Part shown: in pieces, positions 9,128 through 17,584 of the stretch | How positions within the stretch are numbered: position 1 is the stretch's first letter | Layout of the letters: each line of letters begins with the position of its first letter | Assembly: GCA_023416745.1 (NCBI GenBank) | Contig: JAEZHF010000072.1 | Span: 3,914-67,913 of the forward strand | Direction: 5' to 3' | DNA length: 64,000 nucleotides | DNA from: Bacillota bacterium | GTDB taxonomy: Bacteria > Bacillota > Clostridia > Christensenellales > SZUA-584 | Notes under the pieces: generated by a model | What the model was told of the DNA's origin: nothing | The model's database searches: none | What the model saw: the letters and a program-made list of their open reading frames with translations, nothing else | Position numbers and translations under genes: made by a program

Positions 9128-10228
9128 TCAGTCAGCCATTGCCGCTGCTTTCTGCAAAGCCGCGATGTAGTCGGTTACGTGAACTGTCACGCTGGAGGCC
9201 AGATCGGCATCCGCCGGAGCACCTTCGGTCAGCGCCATGCCAGCCACTTCGTCAACAGTTTTGCCGATCATCCACTGAGCCAAAGCCGCAGCCTGCTCAT
9301 ACCATTCCTTGCCGATGCCGGAAGCTTTCTTCATGCCGTACTCATCGCCAAGCTCGTTCTTGGTCTTGAGCTCAGCAGCAGTATCCGTGGTAACAGCGCC
9401 CGCTGCATCAACATTTATTTTGATTTGTGCCGTATCGATGATAACGCCCACGATCTTGCCTGTTTCATCAAATGTGGCCGCAACCATTATGTTGTCCGTC
9501 TGCGCCAGGCCAGCCGCTTCAGCTGTTGCGCTTGCGGACTTCGCCAGAGAAATGACAGTACCAAGGCCGGTCTTCGTTGCGCCGGTGACGGCAACGCCAA
9601 AGTCCTTCGCGTTGTCAACAGCCTTCTTCACAGCGTTCAGGTAATCGCCGACGTGGATGGTCACGCTCGCGGTCAGGTCCGGATCATCCGTCGTGCCTTC
9701 TGCCGTTACGGAGAGCGCCATCACTTCGTCGATCGTCTTGCCAACCATCCAGTCTTCCAGTGCTGCAATCTGCTCATACCATTCCTTGCCGATACCGGAA
9801 GCTTTCTTCATGCCATACGCGTCACCGAGCTCAACTTTGGTCTTCACTTCGGCAGCGACATCGGTCGTCAGCTGGCCGGCAGCATCAAAATTGACTTTGG
9901 ACTGCGTTGTGTCGATCTTGACATTGGCGATCTTGCCGTCAGCGCCCAGTGTCACGGCTGCCATTACGATATCAGCCTGAGCCAGAGCCGTAGCGTCGGC
10001 AGATGCGCCGGCGGACTTCGCAATGCTGATCACTGTACCAAGACCCGTTTTAACAGCGCCCGCCGCAGGTTCTTCTCCAGCGGGGCTCTCTTCACCGGCC
10101 GGAGCTTCCGTCGCCGCCGGGGCTTCCGTGGCTGCCGGGGCATCAGGCGTTTTATTTCCGCCGCAGCCTGCAAGAGCCATTGCGAGTACCACTACTGATA
10201 CCAACATGACTAATAAGATTTTTTTCAT
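9128..10228 (-). CDS. Surface lipoprotein with two tandem FMN_bind-like domains (PplA-like candidate flavoprotein)
   Basis: Lipobox LAGC, then a Pro/Ala/Glu-rich linker. Two homologous modules of about 159 aa each contain GDxYGMKKASGIGKEWYEQ and end in DLTASVTIHV / DLASSVTVHV. It lies next to apbE. Confidence 0.55.
   Translation of the reverse strand: MKKILLVMLVSVVVLAMALAGCGGNKTPDAPAATEAPAATEAPAGEESPAGEEPAAGAVKTGLGTVISIAKSAGASADATALAQADIVMAAVTLGADGKIANVKIDTTQSKVNFDAAGQLTTDVAAEVKTKVELGDAYGMKKASGIGKEWYEQIAALEDWMVGKTIDEVMALSVTAEGTTDDPDLTASVTIHVGDYLNAVKKAVDNAKDFGVAVTGATKTGLGTVISLAKSASATAEAAGLAQTDNIMVAATFDETGKIVGVIIDTAQIKINVDAAGAVTTDTAAELKTKNELGDEYGMKKASGIGKEWYEQAAALAQWMIGKTVDEVAGMALTEGAPADADLASSVTVHVTDYIAALQKAAAMAD
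9294..9355. repeat. Internal duplication, copy 1 (domain repeat inside the lipoprotein gene)
   Basis: CTGCTCATACCATTCCTTGCCGATGCCGGAAGCTTTCTTCATGCC... recurs 477 nt away at 9771-9832 with only a few mismatches. Confidence 0.85.
9771..9832. repeat. Internal duplication, copy 2
   Basis: Near-identical to 9294-9355. The offset is 477 nt, or 159 codons. Confidence 0.85.
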
Positions 10229-10754
10229 TTCTACCCTCCCAAAAATGTTTATGACTATTTTATCCAGATACCACCGAAATATGTACGGTTGTCTTGGATT
10301 TGTCGATTATAACACTATTCATAAAGACTTTCAATAAAGAATAGTTAGCCATTAATACTTTTTTTGGTACAAATCAAGAAAATATAATCAACATTACTAG
10401 TATATGTATCGAATTTATAGGAGATCGTGAAAAGTATGTCATTTACTTTTAGGAATCGTTCTGATATCATAAAAAATCAGAGAAACAGAGTCGTCATGCT
10501 GTTTTTTCTGCTGAGCTGCATTGGCGATATTGCCATTGCTCCTTCATGCACGTAATGTCATCTGGCTGCAGCTGCTGGCGACGTCCTTTGATCGCAATAT
10601 ATGCGGTTAAAAACTGCCGGATGAATTATGATAATATTGACCGTTAAATAAGACCGAATGCGGCAGCCGATACTGGTTCATCACATAATCGGTTTTCTGC
10701 ATGATTTTTAATGTCATGGGCGGTTTGTTATTTTTAATGTTGGGGAGGAGAACT

Positions 10755-12725
10755 ATGCCAAAAAAAATTGTTATTGTCGGTGCCGGGTATGCTGGCATTG
10801 AAGCGGCCTTACGGCTTCACAAGATGGGAAGAAGAGACAATATCGAAATCACCATCATCGACCGAAACCCTTATCACTCGCTGCTGACGGAAATCCATGA
10901 AGTAGCGGGAAACCGGGTGGGGGAAGATGCTGTTAAAGTACCGCTCAGCAAAATCTTCAGGAATACACGTGTGAATGTTGTGCTGGACAGCATTGACAAG
11001 TTTGAGTTTGAAAATAAAAAGGTCATTTCAGCCAATCATACATATCCATACGATTATCTGATTATGGCTATCGGCTCAACTCCGAACTATTTTGGCATAC
11101 CGGGTCTTGAAGAGAACGGCTTCCCGCTCTGGTCTGTCGGCGATGCCATCAGGATTCGTGAACACATTGAGCGCTGCTTCTTTGAAGCGTCGACGGAAAC
11201 GGACAAGGAACGCCGCAAACGTTTGCTGACATTCGTTGTGGGCGGCGCAGGGTTTACCGGCGTGGAAATGATCGGCGAGATTGGCCAGTGGATTAAAAAG
11301 CTTTGCCGTGAGCACCGTGTGGGGCGTAATGAGGTTCGGCTGATGCTGGTTGACATGCTCAACTGTGTGCTGAGCAACCTGTGCGATATCAACAGTAAGC
11401 GTGCCCACGATTATATGGAAAAGAAGCTGGGCATCGAGATCATATTGTCCACCGCAATCAAAAACGTGACTCCGGAATCAATCGACATCAGCAACGGTAC
11501 GACAATAGGCACCCATACGCTGATTTGGGCGGCTGGTGTGCGCGCATCTGAAGATGTTGAATGCATGGTGGAGCTTGAAAAAGGTGGCGCAAGACGTCTC
11601 TGTGTGGATGAATACTGCCGTACAAAACACGAAAACGTATATGCGATCGGCGACGTGGGCGCGCTGCTGGACGACAAGGGCAAGGCGTATCCGGCCATGG
11701 TCGAAACGGCGCTGCAGACGGCGGAAGGCGCGGCGCACAACATAATCGCAGATATGCACGGAAAAGAGCTGAGGCCGGTCAAGGTAAAGCTGCACGGTGT
11801 GATGGTCTGCATCGGTAACTATTTCGCGGTGGCAGACCTGATGGGTGTGCGCCCGGGCCGCTGGATATCTCTTCTTATGAAGTATATCGTCAATATGCAT
11901 TATTTGCACGGTATATTGGGACTGTCCGGGGTCTGGAAGTATCTTTGCGACGAAATACTGGAGCGTAGGCAGCACAAGCGTTTTCTGCAGAGAAACTATG
12001 CTAAAAAGGTTCAGGCTTGGTGGTTGGTGCCGCTGCGTCTGTTCCTGGGCTGGACCTGGTTCTATGAAGGCTTAAAGAAGATACTGGAAGGCTGGATGAC
12101 GGATCCCAAGCTGGCCACGTTCTTAGGTTACGGTGGTGCCGACAGCACATCCACAGCAACCGCCGGCGCAGCCGATGCAGCGGCAGCGGCCACTGCGGGA
12201 GCGGCCGGTGCGGCGGAGGCTGTGGCGGCGGCCACCGGAGCGGCGGCATCGGGCGGCGCAGAGGGCGCAGCATCTGCTGTTCAGCAGCTTATCAACATCG
12301 ACTGGAGCTGGTTGGGCGTATTTTTGGATAAGTCGGGCAGCACCATGACGTTCCGCATCAAGTTCTTCCTGGTGGACTGGATTGTCAACGGATGGGTGCT
12401 GGCCACGGACGGCTGGGCAATGTTCTTCCAAATATTCATCGTTATAATTGAGATCCTCGTCGGACTCGCCATATTCTCGGGCACGTTTACGTTCCTGTCG
12501 TCAATAGCTTCGCTGGGGCTTATCGCGATGTTTGTGACGACAACGGGTATGTACGATACCACTTGGTGGATGCTGTTTGCCGGCATTGCTATTGCGGCAG
12601 GTGCGGGTCGCGCATTCGGTCTGGACCACTGGGTGCTTCCGTATCTGGGCAGAGTCTGGGACGGGACCAAAAAGAACGGCCGCCTCACCCTGTTTTTCGG
12701 CAGAAACCGCATGCTGAAGAAATAG
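10755..12725 (+). CDS. ndh: Type II NADH dehydrogenase (NDH-2) fused to a C-terminal DoxX-like membrane domain
   Basis: SD GGAGG lies upstream of ATG 10755. Two Rossmann motifs (IVIVGAGYAG, VVGGAGFTGVE). From about 12004 there is a hydrophobic domain (WWLVPLRLFLGWTWFYEGLKK), an Ala/Gly-rich linker (12141-12282) and further TM helices. Confidence 0.75.
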   Translation: MPKKIVIVGAGYAGIEAALRLHKMGRRDNIEITIIDRNPYHSLLTEIHEVAGNRVGEDAVKVPLSKIFRNTRVNVVLDSIDKFEFENKKVISANHTYPYDYLIMAIGSTPNYFGIPGLEENGFPLWSVGDAIRIREHIERCFFEASTETDKERRKRLLTFVVGGAGFTGVEMIGEIGQWIKKLCREHRVGRNEVRLMLVDMLNCVLSNLCDINSKRAHDYMEKKLGIEIILSTAIKNVTPESIDISNGTTIGTHTLIWAAGVRASEDVECMVELEKGGARRLCVDEYCRTKHENVYAIGDVGALLDDKGKAYPAMVETALQTAEGAAHNIIADMHGKELRPVKVKLHGVMVCIGNYFAVADLMGVRPGRWISLLMKYIVNMHYLHGILGLSGVWKYLCDEILERRQHKRFLQRNYAKKVQAWWLVPLRLFLGWTWFYEGLKKILEGWMTDPKLATFLGYGGADSTSTATAGAADAAAAATAGAAGAAEAVAAATGAAASGGAEGAASAVQQLINIDWSWLGVFLDKSGSTMTFRIKFFLVDWIVNGWVLATDGWAMFFQIFIVIIEILVGLAIFSGTFTFLSSIASLGLIAMFVTTTGMYDTTWWMLFAGIAIAAGAGRAFGLDHWVLPYLGRVWDGTKKNGRLTLFFGRNRMLKK

Positions 12726-12744
12726 CCCGGAGGGTTTATATATC

Positions 12745-13737
12745 GTGTGGGAAAACTTGCCCGCTTTGAAGGCTGAACTGGAACTGTTTGAGCAGAATCT
12801 GCTCGGGCAGTTCCAGTCGCACAAGAGCGTAAATTCATATCTGGACAAACTATCTGTCGAACTGATCAGCAGCGGCGGAAAAAGGCTTCGCCCGGCGATG
12901 ACCATCGCGTCGTCGATGATGGGGGAATACCAGCGGGAAAAGGTGATCAGTACCGCAATGAGCATTGAGCTGCTGCACACCGCCACGCTGGTACATGACG
13001 ACATTATCGACAATTCGCAGCTGCGGCGGAATATGCCCACTGTATACGCACGCGAAGGCGTGAATACGGCGGTATTTGCTGGTGACTATCTTTATGTTAA
13101 GTCGATACTTGCTCTGGCTTCGGCTGACCTGCCGGTGGAGTATATGCAACAGCTGGCGAAGTCAATCGAAGAGGTTTGCGTGGGTGAGGTTGAGCAGTTC
13201 CGTGGGCGCGGCACTGTACCCGGCTTTAAAACATACCTGTCGCGTATCAGCCGTAAAACGGCGGCTCTGTTTGCGGCGGCCTGTGCCGCGGGTGCTCATC
13301 TCGGCGGTTTGAAAGACGATCAGGTGAAGCTGGCAGCACGGTTTGGCGGTTATTTCGGCATCGCATTCCAGATAAAGGACGACCTGCTGGACATCATGGA
13401 GAGCGCGGACACCACCGGCAAACCGGCTGGCAACGACTTAAAGGAAGGCGTCATCACGCTGCCGGTGATACTGGCGGCGACAGTCGATTCCTCGGTCAGG
13501 ACGAAGCTGGAGAGTGTGCTGAGTATGCCCGGCGGCAAAAAGGCCTCGAAAAGAGATCTGCTTCAGTTGGTCAAGCTGATTCGCGATACTGAGGGCATCG
13601 AAAAGACGCAGTCTGTATTGACGAAATACATCGCAAAGGCCGGACGCATTTTGGACAGATTGCCGGAATCGCGTGGCCGGGATATGCTGGGAGAGCTGCT
13701 GAACATGAGCTTTCACGGCTATGCATTAGACGAGTGA
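12745..13737 (+). CDS. Polyprenyl diphosphate synthase (trans-IPPS; hepta/octaprenyl type)
   Basis: GTG start preceded by GGAGGG. Two Asp-rich motifs, LVHDDIIDN and FQIKDDLLD. Confidence 0.85.
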   Translation: MWENLPALKAELELFEQNLLGQFQSHKSVNSYLDKLSVELISSGGKRLRPAMTIASSMMGEYQREKVISTAMSIELLHTATLVHDDIIDNSQLRRNMPTVYAREGVNTAVFAGDYLYVKSILALASADLPVEYMQQLAKSIEEVCVGEVEQFRGRGTVPGFKTYLSRISRKTAALFAAACAAGAHLGGLKDDQVKLAARFGGYFGIAFQIKDDLLDIMESADTTGKPAGNDLKEGVITLPVILAATVDSSVRTKLESVLSMPGGKKASKRDLLQLVKLIRDTEGIEKTQSVLTKYIAKAGRILDRLPESRGRDMLGELLNMSFHGYALDE

Positions 13738-13740
13738 TAT

Positions 13741-14460
13741 TCAAACGATTTTATTTTTGAGATCTGCAAGGCACATATCCAATATGTGCTTACCATAATC
13801 AGCGGAATAGTCGGCGGCGCTTTGGGCAAACCATTCGCCGCCTTTTATTTTTCTGTCGTCTACCAGCATGATGTCCGGACGCAGCGCGGCGAGCAGAGAG
13901 CACTCCACTTTGCCGGCATGGTCATATCCCACGGCTTCCTGTACTTCACGGCTCAATACGGGCAGCACCTTAACGGTGTTCATCTTCTCGAGGACGATGG
14001 CAAGATCAACAGACTGAGCGAACCAGCCGCGTCCCTGCTTTATTTCCATCAAATCGAAGAAAAGCTGTTTGGCGGCCTTCATGCAGGCCAGCGTCATCGG
14101 AAATTCGATTTCCATATCATACTGGTGATGGATAAGGATATAAATGTTGCTCCATCCACCCTCGATAAAAGCCCGCAAAATGTCTTTAATAAAATGTTCG
14201 AACACGTCCATATCAGCATGAATGGTACCCTTCTCCGGTCCGGATGCCGCATAGCTGGAGGGTCCGTAGTTGAACGTGGGAGCCAGAACGATATCCGACT
14301 CCTGCTCCAGCAAACGTGCCACGGATTCCGTGATGATGATATCAGAGCCACAGACACTGTGCAAGCCGTGGTATTCAATATTGCCCAGTGGCAGTACAAG
14401 CGGCAGGCGGTTCTGCTGGGCGGCGAGATGTTCGTCCGGAAACATATAAGCATAATACAA
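13741..14460 (-). CDS. Creatininase-family amidohydrolase
   Basis: 239 aa. The N-terminal LPLGNIEYHGLHSVCGSD resembles the creatininase-family metal-binding motif (E-x-H-G-x-H ... D). Confidence 0.6.
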   Translation of the reverse strand: MYYAYMFPDEHLAAQQNRLPLVLPLGNIEYHGLHSVCGSDIIITESVARLLEQESDIVLAPTFNYGPSSYAASGPEKGTIHADMDVFEHFIKDILRAFIEGGWSNIYILIHHQYDMEIEFPMTLACMKAAKQLFFDLMEIKQGRGWFAQSVDLAIVLEKMNTVKVLPVLSREVQEAVGYDHAGKVECSLLAALRPDIMLVDDRKIKGGEWFAQSAADYSADYGKHILDMCLADLKNKIV

Positions 14461-14612
14461 ATAATATCACCTCGAGATAAGCATTTCCAAACCACGGCAG
14501 ATATATTACACAGCTTCGAGTTTTCACGGGAAAACGCCACGTTATCACGTTTCTCTTTTTTGTATTATGTGATAAAATACAGCAGAAAAGTATTATTGCT
14601 TTGGAGGTAGCG

Positions 14613-15809
14613 ATGCTGTTAGAAGCCAGAGGATTACCGCGTACAACACTGAAGGATAAAACTGTGCTGCTGACTGGCGCCGGCGGGGGAATCGGATTTG
14701 AGGCAGCCCGCGGTTTCTGCTGGCTGGGAGCCCGTGTTATTATCGCCGAGATTAATACGGCTAAAGGCGAGGCTGCACAGCAGGCGCTGATTGCTGAGTT
14801 CGGCGAAGAATGCGCTGAGATTTACCCTGTCGATATCAGCGATGATGTGCAGTTGAAAGCTCTTTACCGGCATGCAATCAAGCAATACGGCTATGTTGAT
14901 GTGCTGTTCCACAATGCGACAGTTACTCCAATCGGAGCGGTGGATGCCGTGACGATGGAGGACTGGGATAGAAGCTACGCCGTCAACTTTCGTGCGCCGC
15001 TCGCGCTGACGCGGCTGTTCCTGCCTGCGATGAAAGATCGCGGCAGCGGTGTTATCGTGTTTGTTCCGTCTTCGGGTGCCGCCCCATACATGGGCGCTTA
15101 CGAGGTATTCAAAACGGCACAGGTGGAGCTTTGCAGCACGCTTGCCGGTGAGCTTGAGCACTCGGGCGTGTATACCTACGCCATAGGCCCCGGCCTTGTG
15201 AAGACTGAGACCGCTGCAAAGGCGATTAGCATCATTGCTGGTGAAATGGGGATGTCTGACGACGCATTCTATGCGATGAACGAAAAGCACATACTGAGCG
15301 CCGAGGAGGCGGGAACGGGGTTTGCGCTGTCCGTTGTATACGCTGAACAGTATAACGGCATGGAGATCAGCTCCGTTCAGGCGCTGATTGACGCCGGGGT
15401 TTACAAAGCAAACAATGCAAACGACAAGATCGCATCTTCGTCAGCCAACTGGCAGGCGCTGCAGCCGATGGTGGAGCGGGTGGCGGCGACTTTCAGAGAG
15501 CAGTATGAAGGATGGAAAGGCCGTAACGTTTTTGAGCGGCAATGGGTGCTGCGCGACTTCAAAAAGACGGTGGGGGAATCCGCGGAACAGTTTGAAGCGA
15601 CGATTGTTCAGATGGAGGCTGCGGCAACCGGCCGTGATATGGATGCTCTCACTGGTTTAAAAACGAGCATTATCAAGCTGATGGAATACTATCAGCATCA
15701 ACACCAGCTCCTTCAGGGTTATGAAAAAGATCCGGATAAGCGTGCACAACACAGCGCCGTATTGATGGACTGGATAACCGATCTGAAAAACATCGCAGAC
15801 ATGCTTTGA
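14613..15809 (+). CDS. Short-chain dehydrogenase/reductase with a C-terminal extension of about 130 aa
   Basis: SD GGAGG 5 nt upstream of the ATG. TGAGGGIG cofactor motif and the catalytic Y-x-x-x-K (YEVFK). Confidence 0.75.
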   Translation: MLLEARGLPRTTLKDKTVLLTGAGGGIGFEAARGFCWLGARVIIAEINTAKGEAAQQALIAEFGEECAEIYPVDISDDVQLKALYRHAIKQYGYVDVLFHNATVTPIGAVDAVTMEDWDRSYAVNFRAPLALTRLFLPAMKDRGSGVIVFVPSSGAAPYMGAYEVFKTAQVELCSTLAGELEHSGVYTYAIGPGLVKTETAAKAISIIAGEMGMSDDAFYAMNEKHILSAEEAGTGFALSVVYAEQYNGMEISSVQALIDAGVYKANNANDKIASSSANWQALQPMVERVAATFREQYEGWKGRNVFERQWVLRDFKKTVGESAEQFEATIVQMEAAATGRDMDALTGLKTSIIKLMEYYQHQHQLLQGYEKDPDKRAQHSAVLMDWITDLKNIADML

Positions 15810-15830
15810 AAAAGAGCTATAAAAATAAAA

Positions 15831-15857
15831 ACCGCCAGTCCGTGAACTGACGGTTTT
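15831..15857. terminator. Bidirectional terminator between the SDR and ferritin genes
   Basis: ACCGCCAG / CTGACGGT stem (1 mismatch), flanked by an A-run upstream and TTTT downstream. Confidence 0.6.
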
Positions 15858-15881
15858 ATGTTGTTCATTTAACGCTGCGAA

Positions 15882-16397
15882 TTATGGTACCAGAGACGGA
15901 GGCGCGTAAACGCGTGCGCCCAGCTCCTGGTCAAGCAGATAAAGCCCCTTGGAATCGCTGCCGAAGAGTTCGAATTTGCGTATCAGGTCGGTGGCGTTCT
16001 TTTCCTCCTCGCCCTGCTCTTTGATAAACCAGTCGAGGAATTGCATGGCTCTGAAATCCTTCTCTTCGTATGCGACAGCATATATGTTGTTGATGGAAGC
16101 CGTAACGAATTGCTCGTGTTCCAGCGTCAGTTTCAGAGGCGACATGTAGTTCTCATATGTTTTCCCCGGACCGTCCACTGCGGTCAGTATGATCACTTCA
16201 TCGTTGTTGAGCATATAGGTGCGAAAAAGCATTGCGTGGTCGCGTTCTTCCTGCGCCTGCACGAAGAACCAGTTTTCGAAACCTGAAAGACCGGCATTGG
16301 CAAAGAAGTTGGCGATATCAATATAGAGATACGCAGAGAACAGTTCCTTGTTGATTTGTTCGTTGATCAGCGAAGCTACCTTTTGATTCATATCCAT
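15882..16397 (-). CDS. ftnA: Non-haem ferritin
   Basis: 171 aa. LINEQINKELFSAYLY and the EERDHA ferroxidase-centre context. SD GAGGAGG upstream. Confidence 0.85.
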   Translation of the reverse strand: MDMNQKVASLINEQINKELFSAYLYIDIANFFANAGLSGFENWFFVQAQEERDHAMLFRTYMLNNDEVIILTAVDGPGKTYENYMSPLKLTLEHEQFVTASINNIYAVAYEEKDFRAMQFLDWFIKEQGEEEKNATDLIRKFELFGSDSKGLYLLDQELGARVYAPPSLVP

Positions 16398-16421
16398 ATC
16401 CTCCTCACGTTTATTAGCATT

Positions 16422-16450
16422 ATTATATCATTATTCGGAATAGTTATCAA
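16422..16450 (-). promoter_or_regulatory. Ferritin promoter with an overlapping Fur/PerR-like AT-rich box
   Basis: On the minus strand: TTGATA, 17 nt, TATAAT. The spacer and -10 region contain ATAATGATATAATAAT and TGATAACTATTC, which resemble Fur-box half-sites. Confidence 0.45.
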
Positions 16451-16597
16451 TTAAAATCCGGTATAATTATTATATAAACTTCCGTTTCATGGCTGCCAGA
16501 TGATCGCCAGCATGCATGAAAATTATAACCTTTATGGGTATTAAGAGTCAATGTGTAGAGATATTTATTAAAATCACAGCCTTCTGAGAAAAAATGC

Positions 16598-16625
16598 TTG
16601 AATTATTCTCTGTCTGTGGTAATAT
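16598..16625 (+). promoter_or_regulatory. csp promoter (extended -10) followed by a 5' UTR of about 125 nt
   Basis: TTGAAT (16598-16603), 16 nt, TGgTAATAT (-10 at 16620-16625). A long leader is typical of cold-shock genes. Confidence 0.45.
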
Positions 16626-16754
16626 ACTATTGTTGTTCAGATGTACGATTCGATTCACATGTTGCTTTGTAAGTCATGCGTTCGTTTCATGGTTTACTGG
16701 CAGTTGTGGATCTTTTTATATCTGAGCGCGCTATTTTTTAAGGAGGTATCTTTG

Positions 16755-16967
16755 ATGTATAAAGGTACAGTTAAGTGGTTTAACGAGAGCAAGGGTTTTG
16801 GATTTATCGCCAACGATGAAGGCGGGGACGATGTGTTTGTGCACTTCTCCAGCATCAAGTCCGATGGCTTCAAGACGCTTTCGGAAGGCCAGAGAGTCAC
16901 TTTTGATGTCGAAACTGATCCCCGGAACAGCAGCAAGCTTCGCGCTGCCAATGTTCAGGCCGTATAA
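16755..16967 (+). CDS. cspA: Cold-shock protein (CspA family)
   Basis: SD AGGAGG lies upstream of ATG 16755. 70 aa with RNP1 KGFGFI and RNP2 VFVHF. Confidence 0.95.
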   Translation: MYKGTVKWFNESKGFGFIANDEGGDDVFVHFSSIKSDGFKTLSEGQRVTFDVETDPRNSSKLRAANVQAV

Positions 16968-17000
16968 TTTGATTCGCATCTGATCGGGCGAAAGCCCACC

Positions 17001-17040
17001 AAAACTCCTGTCGGTATCCCCGGCGGGAGTTTTTGTTTTC
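17001..17040 (+). terminator. Intrinsic terminator after csp
   Basis: AACTCCTG pairs with CGGGAGTT (one G-U pair), followed by TTTTTGTTTT. Confidence 0.7.
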
Positions 17041-17098
17041 AATGATTTTGCGAAGGGATGCGGTATTGTGGTATATTATTCAAAAGTGAGGTGACGAA

Positions 17099-17584
17099 AT
17101 GCATATTATACCGGGTTACGATGCACTTGAGGATGTCAGGACGCTCTTTGGGGAATATGCCGATTGGCTGGGTGTGAGCCTTTGTTTCCAATCGTTTGAG
17201 CAAGAACTGGCAGCATTGCCCGGGCGATATGCCCTGCCCGGCGGGCGGCTGTATCTGGCGATGGAGGACAACAAAGCGGCGGGCTGTGTTGCGCTGCGTC
17301 CGCTGGACGGCGGCACCGCTGAGATGAAGCGCCTCTATGTCCGGCCGGAATACCGCAGCAGAGGACTGGGAGAAGCGCTGACACAGCGAATCATACAGGA
17401 CGCAGTTGCCATCGGTTACCGGCGCATCGTGCTGGACACGCTGGTCACCATGCAGCCTGCCATCAGGCTGTACAAAAAGCTGGGCTTTGACGTCATCGAG
17501 CCGTATTACGACAACCCGATTGAAGGGGCGGTCTATCTGGGCGTGAATCTGGTGAATTATACGGCAGTGAGTGAGGCGGAGTGA
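17099..17584 (+). CDS. GNAT-family N-acetyltransferase
   Basis: 161 aa. The acetyl-CoA binding motif YRSRGLGEAL sits in the correct position. Confidence 0.8.
   Translation: MHIIPGYDALEDVRTLFGEYADWLGVSLCFQSFEQELAALPGRYALPGGRLYLAMEDNKAAGCVALRPLDGGTAEMKRLYVRPEYRSRGLGEALTQRIIQDAVAIGYRRIVLDTLVTMQPAIRLYKKLGFDVIEPYYDNPIEGAVYLGVNLVNYTAVSEAE

Noticed and set aside
10607-10798. 63-aa minus-strand ORF overlapping the ndh start.
   Set aside because: It has no SD, overlaps the ndh ribosome-binding site and start, and has no recognisable features.
16641-16754. N-terminal extension of the cold-shock protein ORF (108 aa version).
   Set aside because: AGGAGG sits 8 nt before ATG 16755, and a 70-aa product matches the CspA family exactly. 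The upstream part is the long csp 5' UTR.
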